A DNA stretch of 64,000 nucleotides from Octopus bimaculoides (GCF_001194135.2 NC_068987.1:8621409-8685408), one strand, 5' to 3'; positions 23,535 through 36,943 are shown, counted from the stretch's first letter. Numbers and translations: made by a program. Notes: generated by a model not told the origin, from the letters alone.

Positions 23535-26500
23535 CATTTTCCATGTTACCTATAAAAATAATGAATTGGACATTTTCCCATACATTTTCATATCAATCAG
23601 CAATATTCATTTTCTTAAGCTATTCTCATATTACAAATATATTAAATATGCCAGAAAAGAAGCTTACGAACGTTTGCTATCAGCACCACCACTGTCAGAT
23701 TTATTTTTTCCAGAAACAAAGTTGGTCAGTATATTTAATGTGTAGCAATAGTAAAAAGTCTAGAAAGGTTTCCATCCAAACAATAACCTCAGTAATTTAT
23801 GATCTTTTTTTAATTATGGTAATTTTTATTGATTTATTTTTATATATTTTTTTAACTACTCTCCCATTTAATAATTCGCATTGGAATTGTTTAACAAGCC
23901 ATACCTCCTCGCTGAGACACAGTAAAAGACATAACTAAAAAAGTTATAAATTGGTGGAATAACAGTTGTGAATAGCTTGAGTCAATAATTCATATCAACA
24001 TGATATGTATAACTTGTACACCTGTACACAGTTATTTTCATGCTTGGCTGAACTCTAAACAATAATTCCAAATTCAAACAATACAAAATCTTCCAATACA
24101 CACCCTACAAACATACTGTCATCCTAATGTATTCTATTCCCTACCTATATATCTCTACTTCCCAAAACCTACATACACCAAGCCTAATTATCATTGCATA
24201 CACCTACATTTACTCCAGAAATACAACTTGCGAAAAACCATATATATATATATATANNNNNNNNNNNNNNNNNNNNNNNNNNNNNNNNNNNNNNNNNNNN
24301 NNNNNNNNNNNNNNNNNNNNNNNNNNNNNNNNNNNNNNNNNNNNNNNNNNNNNNNNNNNNNNNNNNNNNNNNNNNNNNNNNNNNNNNNNNNNNNNNNNNN
24401 NNNNNNNNNNNNNNNNNNNNNNNNNNNNNNNNNNNNNNNNNNNNNNNNNNNNNNNNNNNNNNNNNNNNNNNNNNNNNNNNNNNNNNNNNNNNNNNNNNNN
24501 NNNNNNNNNNNNNNNNNNNNNNNNNNNNNNNNNNNNNNNNNNNNNNNNNNNNNNNNNNNNNNNNNNNNNNNNNNNNNNNNNNNNNNNNNNNNNNNNNNNN
24601 NNNNNNNNNNNNNNNNNNNNNNNNNNNNNNNNNNNNNNNNNNNNNNNNNNNNNNNNNNNNNNNNNNNNNNNNNNNNNNNNNNNNNNNNNNNNNNNNNNNN
24701 NNNNNNNNNNNNNNNNNNNNNNNNNNNNNNNNNNNNNNNNNNNNNNNNNNNNNNNNGTCCAAGACCTGTGAGATTGATAACATTAATGTTGTTCTTGAAC
24801 CTTTATAAGTGAACATCTGTAGGAAAGATATGAGCAAGGAGGGAGTTTCTAGAGGGCCGACGTTCTGGGAAGAAAGGGCTGAGGTTGGAAGGATACAGTA
24901 AGTGTAATGAGAAGAGAGACAAGCTGCATGAAGGAAAAGATAAGTTTAACTGACATCTTAAATTTTCACAAAATATAATGCCGTGTGTGTGTGTGTGTGT
25001 GTGTGGCTTAGTGGTTAGGGTGTTGCACTCATGATTGTGAGATTGTGGGTTTTGATTCCTGGACTGGGCAATGTGTTGTGTTCTTGAGCAAAACACTTCA
25101 TTTCACACTGCTCCAGCCCATTCAGCTGGCAAAAATGAGTAATCTTGTGACAGACTAGCATCTTGTCCAGGAGAAGGAACATATATGCCACAGAATCCAA
25201 GAAACCAGCCTTATGAGCCTATGACTCAGGAAGGAGCTTTGACCTTTTGCTTCATGCATGTAATGTACACACATGCATATGTCATTGTTTCTTTCATAGC
25301 AGAAAAATATGAATGCACTGAATATGAGTTGGTACTGCAGGTATGTGGAGTCTGATATATATTTGGTTAATAGCATTACATATCTGAACCTGACATCTTA
25401 GATCTCACAGATGACTATACTCATCAGAGAATACAAGGGAGTACCATTTAATCTAAATGATTTTAGACACTTTTGGAGCAAGAAAATATTCTCAATTGAC
25501 TGAAGAGTACAGTCAGCTACAAGGACGATTGAAAAAAGCTTCGAGCCTAGGATCACAATCTATTTTACCTTATCTCATGACAAAACACACACACACACAC
25601 ACACACTAGCCTTCATTGTGTTTGGTAGTAAAGTGAACCTAGAATGCTATAAAAGATAATGAAAAGTCAGCTAATTCTTAGTTTTACAAATAAGAGATTT
25701 TAATCATAAAGATGGTGGTAAGCACAAAAAGGTAAGATCAATTAAAATCACCATGTTTTACTAATTTGTTAGCACAATTTAAACAAATATTCTGATGCTA
25801 CTGACTTTTGAACTAGAAAGAATGACACTAAAAGATAAATGACTCCAAAGTGTCATGACTATCTTCATTTTGAAAATTGTGTTAGGCGAGTATGGAGACT
25901 AAGATGTAACGAAAATGAAATTCTCACAAACACATACAAATCTTATGTATATATAAACATGTAAGAAACGATTAATAATGACAGAAGCATAATTAATATA
26001 AAAAGATAATATTTATCAGCAGTAGTGGACAATTATCTCCCACTAGCAATATAAACCCAAGTGCTTATATGCACCACAAGTCTATATGAGAGGTTGTCTC
26101 ATGATAGATAAAACAGTATTTTTTGTTCTAACACAACATCCACTTCTATATTACCTATATACATGTATTTTGCTAATTACTTTTGAACAGGGTTTGTTAC
26201 CTAATAAGAACAAAGAATCCCCTTGCTATAATTTATAACAAATAGAGACACTGTGTAATTAAATGACATTATAAATATTGTGAAAAGGCTTTGGACATTC
26301 TAAATTTGCTGTATATATTTTTCAGCAAATAGTTTTTGCTACATTTTGATTAGATAATTTTCATTTTTCTGCAAGTTGGAACAATAACAATCTTTCTTTT
26401 AAGATTTCAGAAATAGAAATTTTGTAAATCATCCAACATTGAGGAAGATTGAAAACTGAATGATCAATATGTTAAGATAAAAATACAGAAATGCTAATGG

Positions 26501-27617
26501 ACCATTTGATGCCAGCATAATGATGCTTAAAATTTGAAAATGTTAAATTTTCAACAGAAGAACTGTTTCACAAAACATCTGTTACTTCTAACAATAAAAA
26601 CAAAAAAAGAAATTGTGAAACCAGTTACATAATTGCATATAAATTTTTATGAAGTAAATTTTCTTAAATTGTAATTTTGAACTCTCTCTTTTCTTTACAC
26701 TTTCTAGTGATGTGGAAAAATTTATTTTCCTCTATGTGTGTGTATGAAACAAACAAATAAGTCAAAACTTTTTTTCCAATTTCAAATACAAACACATCAC
26801 AAAATTAGAAAAAGAACAAAAAGGAATGAAGTATAATACTAAGGTATTTAAATGTTATCAGGGAGTAAAGCATAGAAGTAAAGGTAAAGAGGGGAAAGCC
26901 AAATAAATATCAAAAGAATGTACATGAAAACATAAAAAAGGAATGAGAGAGAGAGAGACAAAGAAAGAGGGGTTGTTTAGAGAGAGGGTTCAAAAATAAC
27001 ATAAAGAGGTGGGAGAGCAGGACTAAGGGAACAAAGCATTTGTTAGAGGTACACAGCATGGGTAATGTCAACTGCAAAGTCTGTAAAGTTTTGGGGGTGG
27101 GCTATGGATTTGGCTAGTTTTGACCAATGATTATGACAAATGAGGATGATGATAACATTTCAGAAGTATAATTGAAATAATTAATTCAATTTTGTTTCAT
27201 CATTTTTTTTTTTTAAATTATGTTTTATAAAAATGTTTTGAATGCCAAGCATACATATGTAAACAAATGAGAATAAAAAGAAAAAAAGGAAAATAGAAAG
27301 AGTCAATGGACTCATGACAATGATTCCAATGCTCAAAAGACGTTTGCAGATTTTTCTGTGTCCTAACAATTTTGTAGCCATAAACCCATAAACTATCCGA
27401 TCAAATGTCCCTTTGATCTTTTACTTCATCTATAATCCTTTTAGAATAAAGATATTCTTTCATTTGTTTCAGTAATTTGACTGGGACCATGCTGGAGCAC
27501 CACCTTTAGATGAACAAATCAATCCCAGAACTTATTCTTTGTAAGCCTAGTACTTATTCTATAGGCCTCTTTTGCCGAAATGCTAAGGTATGGGGACATA
27601 AACACAGACACACACAC

Positions 27618-27650
<33 letters not shown>

Positions 27651-28851
27651 TGTATATATATATATATATGACAGGCTTCTTTCAGTTTCCGTCTACCAAA
27701 TCCACTCAGAAGGCTTTGGTTGGCCTGATGCTATAGCAGAAGACACTTGCCCAAGGTACTACGCAGTAGGATGAGAACCCGGAACCATGTGGTTGGTAAG
27801 CAAGCTACTTACCACACAGCCACTCCTGTGCCTATGTTTAAATTTGCTGAGATAGTTAATACACTTCTGCAATGTTTTATTACTAACACACACACAAGTT
27901 CATATATACAATACAAAAAGTTTCATAAATATTATCTCAGTGGTTATCAGCAAACTTCAGTGAACACAATAAAAATAGAAATATAAAAATAGAGGCTTAG
28001 CATGGGGTCTTGTAACATCTTGTAACATCAGTTCAGTGGTCATGCCTTGCAGTATTTGTTCTGAAACTCTACAGCTTGAATTAAAATCCTGCCAAGGTCA
28101 AGCTTGTCTTTTCACCTTTTTGGGGTCAATAAATAAAGGGAATTAGCAGAATTGTTACAGAGTAACACAAAATGCTTTGCTCTGTCCTTTGAATTCTCAA
28201 GGCAATGCCTGCAATAACACTGGTGCTTATCATTCCCTTTACACAGCATCAGCGGAAATAACGGGCGACTTGCATGCACGGATAATTGCTGGCCTTCAAA
28301 TAAATGAATAAATTGTCCTTGCCTGAGCCCATGCCATAAGAGATATATATGAATCATAAAAATTTGTAAAAGGCCACAAATTGCTTGTGGTGGAATCATT
28401 CCATATTTATGGAATATTTTACTAGGAAGCTCACTTGCTACACTGCACTTGGGAATCATTTATAGAATTATTCTGTTTCTAGCTGATCTGTAAAGGACAA
28501 ATGAAGAGACATTTTTGTACGTATGACAGTCCAATGCATGGAGATAAATAACATGTAACAGAAGTAATGTAACTCAGAATAGACAATAAAAGAAACAAGA
28601 CATTAAATATTTATTTAATTACTTGTTGATTAGAGCGGAACATTCCATGCATGCTGGGCTCATAACCTAGAGGTCCACAGACTGAAACTAAATTCTGCTA
28701 AGAAATAAGTATAATTTTAGATGTTTATACATCGCAACTGAGTTGCCAAGAAATGTAGCAACCATGTATATGTACTTACACGGGTAAGTAGAAATTATAT
28801 TATGTAATAGAAATTAATATAGGTTTAAGGAGTCATCAACTGGCTGGAGTA

Positions 28852-29031
28852 CAGTAATCCCTCGACTATCAACCCCACCACGACAGGTGAAAATCTGTGA
28901 AGTAGAAACAGTACTGTATATTTTTAAAATCATTTTTATAATTTGTATATATATATATTTTATTATAAACGCAACATAAGCTTAAATAGTAAACCGCAAT
29001 AGGTGAACTGTGATGTGGTGAGGGATTACTG
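28852..29031. mobile_element. Tigger/pogo-type MITE (180 bp)
   Basis: TA|cagtaatccctc ... gagggattactg|TA: 12-bp perfect TIR with a TA target duplication. Confidence 0.85.
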
Positions 29032-29190
29032 TACACCAAAACCCTAGAAGTGTAGTAGGTAGAGATGACAACAAGAACAGGATTTTTCAGTTAGTATATA
29101 GGATTGACCTTAGTAAAGCAAAACTGCCATTGGTAGTATTTGAAATCAGGATGTTCAGAATATCAAACTAAATACAACAAAGCACTTAAT

Positions 29191-29710
29191 CACGAGATAA
29201 AGGTGTAGTGGTGGTTGTAGTGAAAACGAGTAAAAGAAAGTTTTGCTGGTGTGTGTATGTGTGTGTGTAAATATGCATGGATGATATGTGTTCTGTCATG
29301 CTTTGATTTATGATTTATCTAAAATTGAATATGTTATTATTTTTTTTCTTTTTGTCTTACTTTATTCTGTAGTGTTTGTAGAGAAATATGCAGTGTTTAT
29401 TTATTTATCTTTTTTGTTTGTTAGGTTGCTCTTCAAACACATCCAAGAAAAAAAAAAAACATGCAAACTTGGTCATAAAAAAGATTTAAACATAATTCTC
29501 ATCTAGCTCTTCTATTTTCCTTTTTCTTTATTCTTATTTCTTTATGTATGTATTAAATTCGTGTTAATGTGTATGTGCACATACACATTAAGTAAAGTCT
29601 CCATACAGAACACATATCATCCATGCATATTTACACACACACATACACACACCAGCAAAACTTTCTTTTACTCGTTTTCACTACAACCACCACTACACCT
29701 TTATCTCGTG
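29191..29710. repeat. perfect 106-bp inverted repeat with 308-bp spacer
   Basis: 29191-29296 is the exact reverse complement of 29605-29710, checked base by base including the embedded (TG)n tract. Confidence 0.95.
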
Positions 29711-30096
29711 CACACACTCTCTCTCTAAAAACTGTGCATGTGAGTCTGTCTCCTTTTAATAGCTATCCCTTGTTTTAATTTGAATAATTAATCCTATGAT
29801 GGTCCCAATGCAAATGAAATTTATTATTCAATGAAAATAATTGTAATTAATTCTGGAGAAAACAAAATTATAATAAACAACTCAAAATTATCATTACATG
29901 TTTTTTTAAAGAGGAAAATTTATCAAGAGACAACAGGCCAGTTTTAACTTTTTCCTCCACTGTATATATTTTGCAATAGCAATTAATTTTGATTCTCTAA
30001 GCCTCAACAAAGGATCAAATTTCTGTCAATCTTACGATCCATATTCATAACTTGTTGTTTGGCTGACACTACTATAACCCCTAACCCCCTACCAAA

Positions 30097-30227
30097 ACAT
30101 TATTTACATTTGATGGATATTTGTCCTCATCTTTGTTGTTAACATTTTGGCTGATATACCCTCCAGCCTTCGTCATGTGTCTTGGGGAATTTTCGAACCT
30201 GGGTCATCATTCCTAAGGTATTTTCGA

Positions 30228-30265
<38 letters not shown>

Positions 30266-30403
30266 TGGTCACTGCTTGGAATTGAACTTGGAATCTTGGG
30301 ATTAGTAGCCCATGCTCTTAACCACTATGCTATATACCCGAGGACAGATATCCGTCAAATGTAAATAATGTACATAATTCCTCATCTCTTAAATATAGAA
30401 CTG
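30097..30403 (-). mobile_element. tRNA-head/(AAT)n/hammerhead composite SINE-like element, decayed copy, with an inverted duplicate of its 3' tail
   Basis: Homologous to 54310-54559 over its length, but the core is mutated (ATGACGA...CAAAATGTT). 30097-30128 and 30340-30371 are inverted repeats (30/32 identical). Confidence 0.8.
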
Positions 30404-30479
30404 TATTACCCACACTAAAAGTTCAAGTTCTTTCACTGTTTTATTCCTTCAAGACATTTTCCATTTTTTCCAAATTCCT

Positions 30480-31520
30480 TTCATTCTTCTTCATCAGCTC
30501 GCTGTTGACTGTTGATACATGATTTCAATGAAATCGTTGTCACGTAATCTTTTGAATGTGAAGATAACAATTCATAAATATTTACCAAATCATCAACCAA
30601 GAAATAAAGATTTGTTCTAATAATAGCAATTTCATTGAGTTTGTTTACTAGATTTTCGAGAGGTGAAAATATTCAGTTAAGTCTAAGATTATACTAGACT
30701 GCTCTGATACAGGTGGCTGTCACTTCTCATGATTAGTGAACATTTTCAATTGTTTGTTTGATGTTAAATCATTTCCAAAATTCTTGAAGAGTAATAATAC
30801 CTTGTCCAGTTGTAACTTCAGTTGCCTATGAGAAAGTTTATTAAATAGAATAGTCCTAAGGTAAAAATACATGGACTTTAGTACAAAAATAATTGATTAA
30901 GAATGGCCAAGGACACTATTAAGAATCAAAAGAACTTTGAAAACTCAATCATTTTTTTTGGCAATAGCTTTTTAATTTCTGGACATGAAATAATCTTCTA
31001 ACAAGAACCATAACTTTTTATCTCATCACTAAATAACTAGAAAGGATTGTTTGTTGCATCCTTTGAAAGTCTTTGAGCTTATTGTTTGATCAATTTTTCT
31101 TTTGACCCCAGCTCAACATTGCCCCCAAATAAAAGGGCTAAGCAATTCTTTTGATGTATTGTAACCAGGTTGCAATGTTTCGTTTTTGCTAAGACAATTC
31201 TTAATGGATTTTTCTTCCAAAAAAGGGTAATTTCATCAAAGTTGAAAATTCCAAGAATTTCAAAATTATTTTCTTTTCTTAATTTCTTTCATCCAACTAG
31301 ATACTTAACTGCAGCATCTTCATCCAAACCTTAATATTTGTCTTCTTTCAATGAAGAACAAAAGTTAAGAATTTTAATCATAAAATTATTGGAATTTGCT
31401 TCTGGTTACAAATCTTCCAACTGAAGTCTTAATAGATCTTCCATTTCAACAATTATTTGCAGGTTTAATGATGGGAAAGCTACTTCATCTTCGCCTGTAC
31501 CAATTCACTTTGCCCAAAAT
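30480..31520 (-). pseudogene. Tigger/pogo DDE transposase relic
   Basis: Minus peptides ILGIFNFDEITLFWKK (31203-31258; cf. FNxDETGLFWK), FKVLLILNSVLGH (30901-30942; cf. LLILDNAPGH) and a frameshifted LD(Q)GII (about 30795-30810). Many stops. Confidence 0.8.
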
Positions 31521-33107
31521 ACTTTGTATTGTTAACTCACTACTAACTTTAGTTTAGTTTCTCGCCATGATCAAACATTTTAATAATGTCAAGTTTAATG
31601 TCTAGAATGACAACTTTTCTTCTCATTTTAGTAATTTCTACAATAGCATCAATTTATCATGTAGGAATATTACAAACATGTGCATGTGTGTTAAAACTTC
31701 TTTGAATTTCAAAATACACTGTAAATTTGAAAATAAATGTATAACTCATCCATTTGCACCTGAGACTAAAAAGAAGTAGAGGCACAGTAGCAAGGACAAG
31801 AAGACAGTGTTGGCTCAGCAGGTCCCGTGCAGCTATTCGCATGCCATTTTCAAAACATGGTAATACAACTTTATAAGGTGTAAATTAAGGGATGGTTACA
31901 GTAGATTTAATTGCAATAATTAACAGTGCATTCATTAAAATAACAGTAAGCAAACAGTTATATCATCATCGTTTAAGGTTCACTTTTCCATGCTTGCTTG
32001 AGTCAGACTGAATTTGTGGAGGTAGGTTTTTTTTTATTGCCAGATACCCTTCTTGTTGCCAACCCTCACTAGTTCCCAAGTAAGGTAATATTTCTCCATG
32101 ACCAGACATATGTCAGAAGATTGGAAATGAAGAATACTGCTTGCGTGATGGTGTCACTCGCAATCAATCATGCAATATCAAAGAAAGGAGACAGTAACAG
32201 ACACACACGTTTTTATACATGCACACATATATACACATGTATTCATATATACAAAGTACATACATATGTATTCACACGCACACACTTCTGTTAAATGAAA
32301 AATTACAAAGTTACAAATAAAAACACAAATGGATGAAATATAAACAGGATTAAATTTGTACACAAGCAATTGAAGATTTTTTTTAAAAAAGAAATTTTTG
32401 CAATTTCTGCTGAACAACATAAATGAAATAAATTTCTTAGCAAATGACAAGAAACAAGAAACTTCATCTGTTAATCTAATAATCATGTAAAGTAATATCT
32501 AAATTACAATTTAACAAGATAAAAAAAAAAAAATTGTTAAGTGTTTTAATTATCATTTTACTTCTGTGCTGAAAACAATGAAGAAACTTGTTGCTTTCAT
32601 TTTCTTGGTTTTTTTTCTAACGTAGTTCAAGAAATATAAGTTTACAAATTAGAAACCAAAAAAGACTTATTAATAATAAACAGTCTTTTTTTTTTTTTTT
32701 CTTCTTCTGAAATGCCATCCAGGACAGATTTTAGTGTGGATATCTGCAAAATCAGCCAACCATTTACCATGGCTGGATCAATTAATTTCATGCAGAAGAT
32801 CCACTCTGGAAAGACCCACAAGGAAAGCAACAGCAATAGTTAGATAAATATTGTTCATAGCCCAGAGATACCCAGCACACTTTACACTTACCCATGAAAT
32901 ACCTCCATTCTGGAAAAAAAATCAAGTTTAATGACAAATATCTCATTAAAAAGAGAAAAGAGAGAAAAAAGAAAAAGGAAAAAGAAAATGCTTAACTCCA
33001 GCATAATTTGTCGCTCAGGAATTATTCCTGAGCTTCTTTGGGGAAATTTACTGAAATCACTGTCATGTTCTCCTCAGATAACTTCTATTATTTTTTATAA
33101 TCTAAAC

Positions 33108-33570
33108 CAGCGGTTCCCAAACTATGAGTCGAGAATCCTAGTGAGTCGCAAAAAGTTATAAAATTACGCATTAGCTTTGATTAACTGCTGTCTATCGAGA
33201 TAGTTCAAGACTCATGTTTTCAATACCAGACTGGTTGTTTTATTAAGCAGTAGGCTTTTTTCACGAACTTAACAAATCAAGTTATTTATTCGTACGTAAT
33301 CGTAAAAAGGAAAAGTCTGTTTTTACCTATTTATAGAGAACTTTAACTAGGCGCAGTACAACACTGATCGAGCCGATAACAGTTACTGCTTCGAGGTTTT
33401 GTATTAGAGTTAATACCTGCCCATAGGGTATGGAGACGTTGAAACAGTTATAAAACGTCTTGTTTCACATTTAATATAACCCTAACCCTAACCCAGTAGA
33501 GTTAAGTGGGTCGCCATAGACTGGTGTCATAAATAGTGGGTCGCGTCTCTAAAAAGTTTGGGAACCACTG
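33108..33570. mobile_element. hAT-Charlie-type MITE (463 bp)
   Basis: TIR cagcggttcccaaact / agtttgggaaccactg. Perfect 8-bp TSD atctaaac at 33100-33107 and 33571-33578. Confidence 0.92.
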
Positions 33571-35057
33571 ATCTAAACAAATTGGTTCAATGGTTAAATC
33601 ACTGAGTAGTACGTTACTTCTCTTAAGTCAATCTCATTGAAAATAGTTGCTATTTCCCTCTTGAGGTTTAATGACTGGGGTTACTAAATGTTTTCTAAGT
33701 GTGAAACATATGCTACAGTAATTCATGCAAAAGTCTGAATTGGTTTCAGTACCTTAAATGGAGAGAGGAATTAATAGTGGCAGACAACACAGAGAGAATA
33801 AAAGCAAATTCCAATAATAACTACAGAGAACAAAAACTCCATTACATTTCATATAATGGGTTACAAGAACAGAAATAAAACTTTTTTTCTTCTTAATACT
33901 TTAAATATAATTGTAAATTGAAGTTCTTCATATTCTGATATTTGCATGAATTAGTATAACAGATGACTGCTTCGCAAATGAATATTTTTGATGAGTAAAA
34001 TGTTCAACCACAGAGTAAGATTGGTAGCTAATTCTTATCAGTGAGACTGAAGCAAATAGAGTAAAGTGACACATTACAATGCTTGTAGACAGCTGAAGAT
34101 AAGCTTATGGTAGACATTTGGTATTAGTAAACAGTATATTAACTACTAATATGATATGCGTGACACTTATGCTTATCAGATATTATTAAAAGTAGAATGA
34201 AGTGAAATAATTACGAACAGATTGTAGACCAAATTTGACAGTCTTTTCTATTCTATAATACTTTATATATATATATATATTTTTACAAACAGAACTAGGA
34301 AAGTTGAATCAATGAAATTAGATAGACGGAAAAATAGTTTAGCCTGAAGATAATTCTCTCTTAACAACTAAGCCAAACATCTGATTAAAAATTAGGAAAT
34401 TTAACTATTTTAACTCAAACTGCTAAACTGGTCACCTGTTGTAATATTGCAGTGTTTATTGTTTTTATTAATTTATCTGAGGTGGAAGAACAGACCCTTT
34501 TGAATTATCTTGGATTGGGAATAACAATAGCCTAATGAGGTTGAAAAAGGTGAGGTTCTGTTTAAACATCAGAAAATTGATAGCTGGAAGGGAGTCCTGA
34601 TGTATTATAGCTCTGAAGAGGAAGGATCACATAAAGCATTTAATACGGGGCCTGAGAAGAGAGATACAATATGAGTAAGAAGTAAAAAAAACAGATAAAG
34701 TGAATTTAAGTGAGGATAGGCACAGATTTGGAATGTCCCAAGGCTCAGAGACTGCTGTAGTTACAAAAGAAGAAACAAAGGAAGGAGATATTAAGGAATC
34801 AAGAGACGCAATGTTAAGTGAAGATGTATTTACCAAGAAATTAGTCAGTTTTGAGATGAATCCAGGATGCATGTGAGTGTGTGTGCACATGCACACGTGT
34901 CTGAATGATGATATACTTACAGAGTGTACTGATGTCTTTTTTAGTGCATATCATTGGAAATACAAATTCATATGGGATGGATATATTCAGGATTTCATAT
35001 TGATGAGGAAGGTAAATATCTTCCTCATAAGCATTTGTGTACACATGTATATATGCA

Positions 35058-35121
<64 letters not shown>

Positions 35122-35123
<2 letters not shown>

Positions 35124-35772
35124 GGCTGTGAGCTGGAAGAATCATTAGCACAAAAGACAAAATGCTTCCAGCTTCACAGCTTGAGTCTGAATTCTGCTGT
35201 GGTCAACTTTGCCATTCATCTTTTTGGAGTTGAACTCAGAATGTAAAGACAGACAAAATGCCATGAAGCATTTTGCCAGGTATGCTAATAATTCTGCAAG
35301 CCCGCTGCCTTAATAATAATAATGATAATAACAATAATCCTTTCTACTATAGGCACAAGGCCTGGATTTTATGGGGAGAGGGGCAGTCAATCACATCAAC
35401 CCCAGTACTCAACTGATACTTAAGTTATTGACCCTGAAAGGCAAAATCGACCTCAGTGGAATTTGAACTCAGAACATAACGATAGACGAAATACCGCTAA
35501 GCATTTCACCCAGCATGCTAACAATTATGCCAGCTCACTGCCTTAATAATAATAATCCTTTCTACTATAGGCACAAGGCCTGAAATTTTGGGGGAGGGGA
35601 CTGGTCGATTACATTTGTCCCCAGTATTTCACTGGTACTTAATTTATCAACCTTGAAAGGATGACAGGCAAAGTCAACCTTGGGGGAATTTGAACTCAGA
35701 ACGTAGCAACGGGTGAAATACTGCTAAGCATTTTGTCCAATGTGCTAATGATTCTGCCAGCTCACCACCTTA
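35122..35772. mobile_element. cluster of four family-B SINE copies (one +, three -) in an (AAT)n tract
   Basis: Family B (ggcggcgagctggcagaaacgttagc...gagttcaaattccgccgaggtcgactttgcctttcatcctttcggggtcgataaattaagtaccag). Approximate other copies: 1045-1160, 28090-28220, 38415-38575, 39680-39870, 49875-50030, 58387-58561, 58930-59125, 63400-63580. Confidence 0.85.
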
Positions 35773-36204
35773 ATAATAATAATGATAATAATAATAAAAC
35801 TATTCTGCTATTTAATCCATGAGTGCCTGTTTTTGCCCCGAGTCATGGATTTTTAGACACCTACACACACACAAGTAAATATGCATTGAGGATACTGCTG
35901 GACTCCATTTCCGAATGCAGGAGTTAATGTGTCATCAGGCAGTGATGCAGATCTAAAAGTGTTTTGTTTCTTTTTACTACAACACTGAGCAGTCCAGAGC
36001 CACCTACCAATGTAGGCAAATGAAACTCCTGCACAATAGGGAGCTTCTTACAATGTGAAAAGAAAATTAATGATTTACTGATAATTCCTTATATCTTTCA
36101 GGTGAATCACCCCAGCAATGAATTATTACAAACTAGATTTTTGCCACACATTTTCTAAAGGTAAAAGTATGAACAGTATCTGATTCACCTGAAATATGGA
36201 ATCA

Positions 36205-36366
36205 CCATATTTTATTGTGTATAAGGAACCCTTTTTTGTAAAAAATTAGGTTAAAAAAAATGGGACTTTTTTTATACATGGATAGTACTATAATCCCTTA
36301 CAAAACCTTTTCCCCAAATTTTAAGTCCCCAAAATTCGGGGGTTCCTTATACATGTTAAAATACAG
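36205..36366. mobile_element. degenerate Tc2/pogo-like MITE
   Basis: Imperfect TIRs ccatattttattgtgtataaggaaccc / gggttccttatacatgttaaaatacag|ta. Related pieces at about 45215-45270 and 45560-45620. Confidence 0.6.
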
Positions 36367-36881
36367 TAATAAATCATTAATTTTGTCTTAACATTGTAAG
36401 TAGCTCTTATTAATTCACAATGCTTCCACTCTTCTATATTGTATGTGTGCGTATGCGTACATGTACATGTGTGTTAAATGGTAGTAAATTAGAGATAACT
36501 ATTCAACAAAATGATATCAGAGACAGCCACAAATCTTGGAGGAAAAAATTGGTACAGATTACCTAAAACCAGTGTGATTTAAATAGACCAAGTTTTAGAT
36601 ACACACAAACATGCATAAACATGGAGAAAAATAATATAACTTTCAAACATAAAACATTTTGAAGGTGTCCAATTGTTTTCACATATAAACTTTCTGGGAA
36701 TTAATTTTTCTAATTTTTTTTATATGCAGGGCTGAGCAACATTGAGTGAAGTTACTCTTAATAGGTTTTCAGTATTTTTATATTCTATTAATTGTAAATT
36801 TAATTTAGTTTAGGAGTGAAAGGGAAAATCCTATTAATTTAACAATTAGAATTTTCAATAATAAATAATGTAAAACTATAC

Positions 36882-36943
36882 CTTTTCCTCATTGGCTAAC
36901 ATCAGCGAGTCGACAGCTTTTTTCAGCTTTTCTATTTCGCTCT
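36882..36943 (-). CDS. PPFIBP1: liprin-beta coiled-coil exon, 62 nt, phase 1/0
   Basis: ttttttttttgcag|AGAGCGAA...GAGGAAAAG|gtatag. Encodes (Q)SEIEKLKKAVDSLMLANEEK, matching recalled human liprin-beta1 IEVQKMKKAVESLMAANEEK. It joins DRRLE across a 26-kb intron. Confidence 0.93.

Noticed and set aside
24757-24816. Acceptor followed by MFTYKGSRTTLMLSISQVLD next to a gap
   Set aside because: No liprin similarity, no convincing donor, and it would interrupt the conserved NEEKDR junction. The gap hides the remainder.
30070-30096. taacccctaaccccctacc beside the hammerhead SINE end, suggesting telomere-targeted Penelope behaviour
   Set aside because: Too short and degenerate, and absent at the second copy.
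34650-34880. Purine-rich + strand open stretch (MSQGSETAVVTKEETKEG...); similar at 40740-41000 and 53340-53830
   Set aside because: No splice signals or recognisable domain. Most consistent with old LINE-derived sequence, but I could not assign it.
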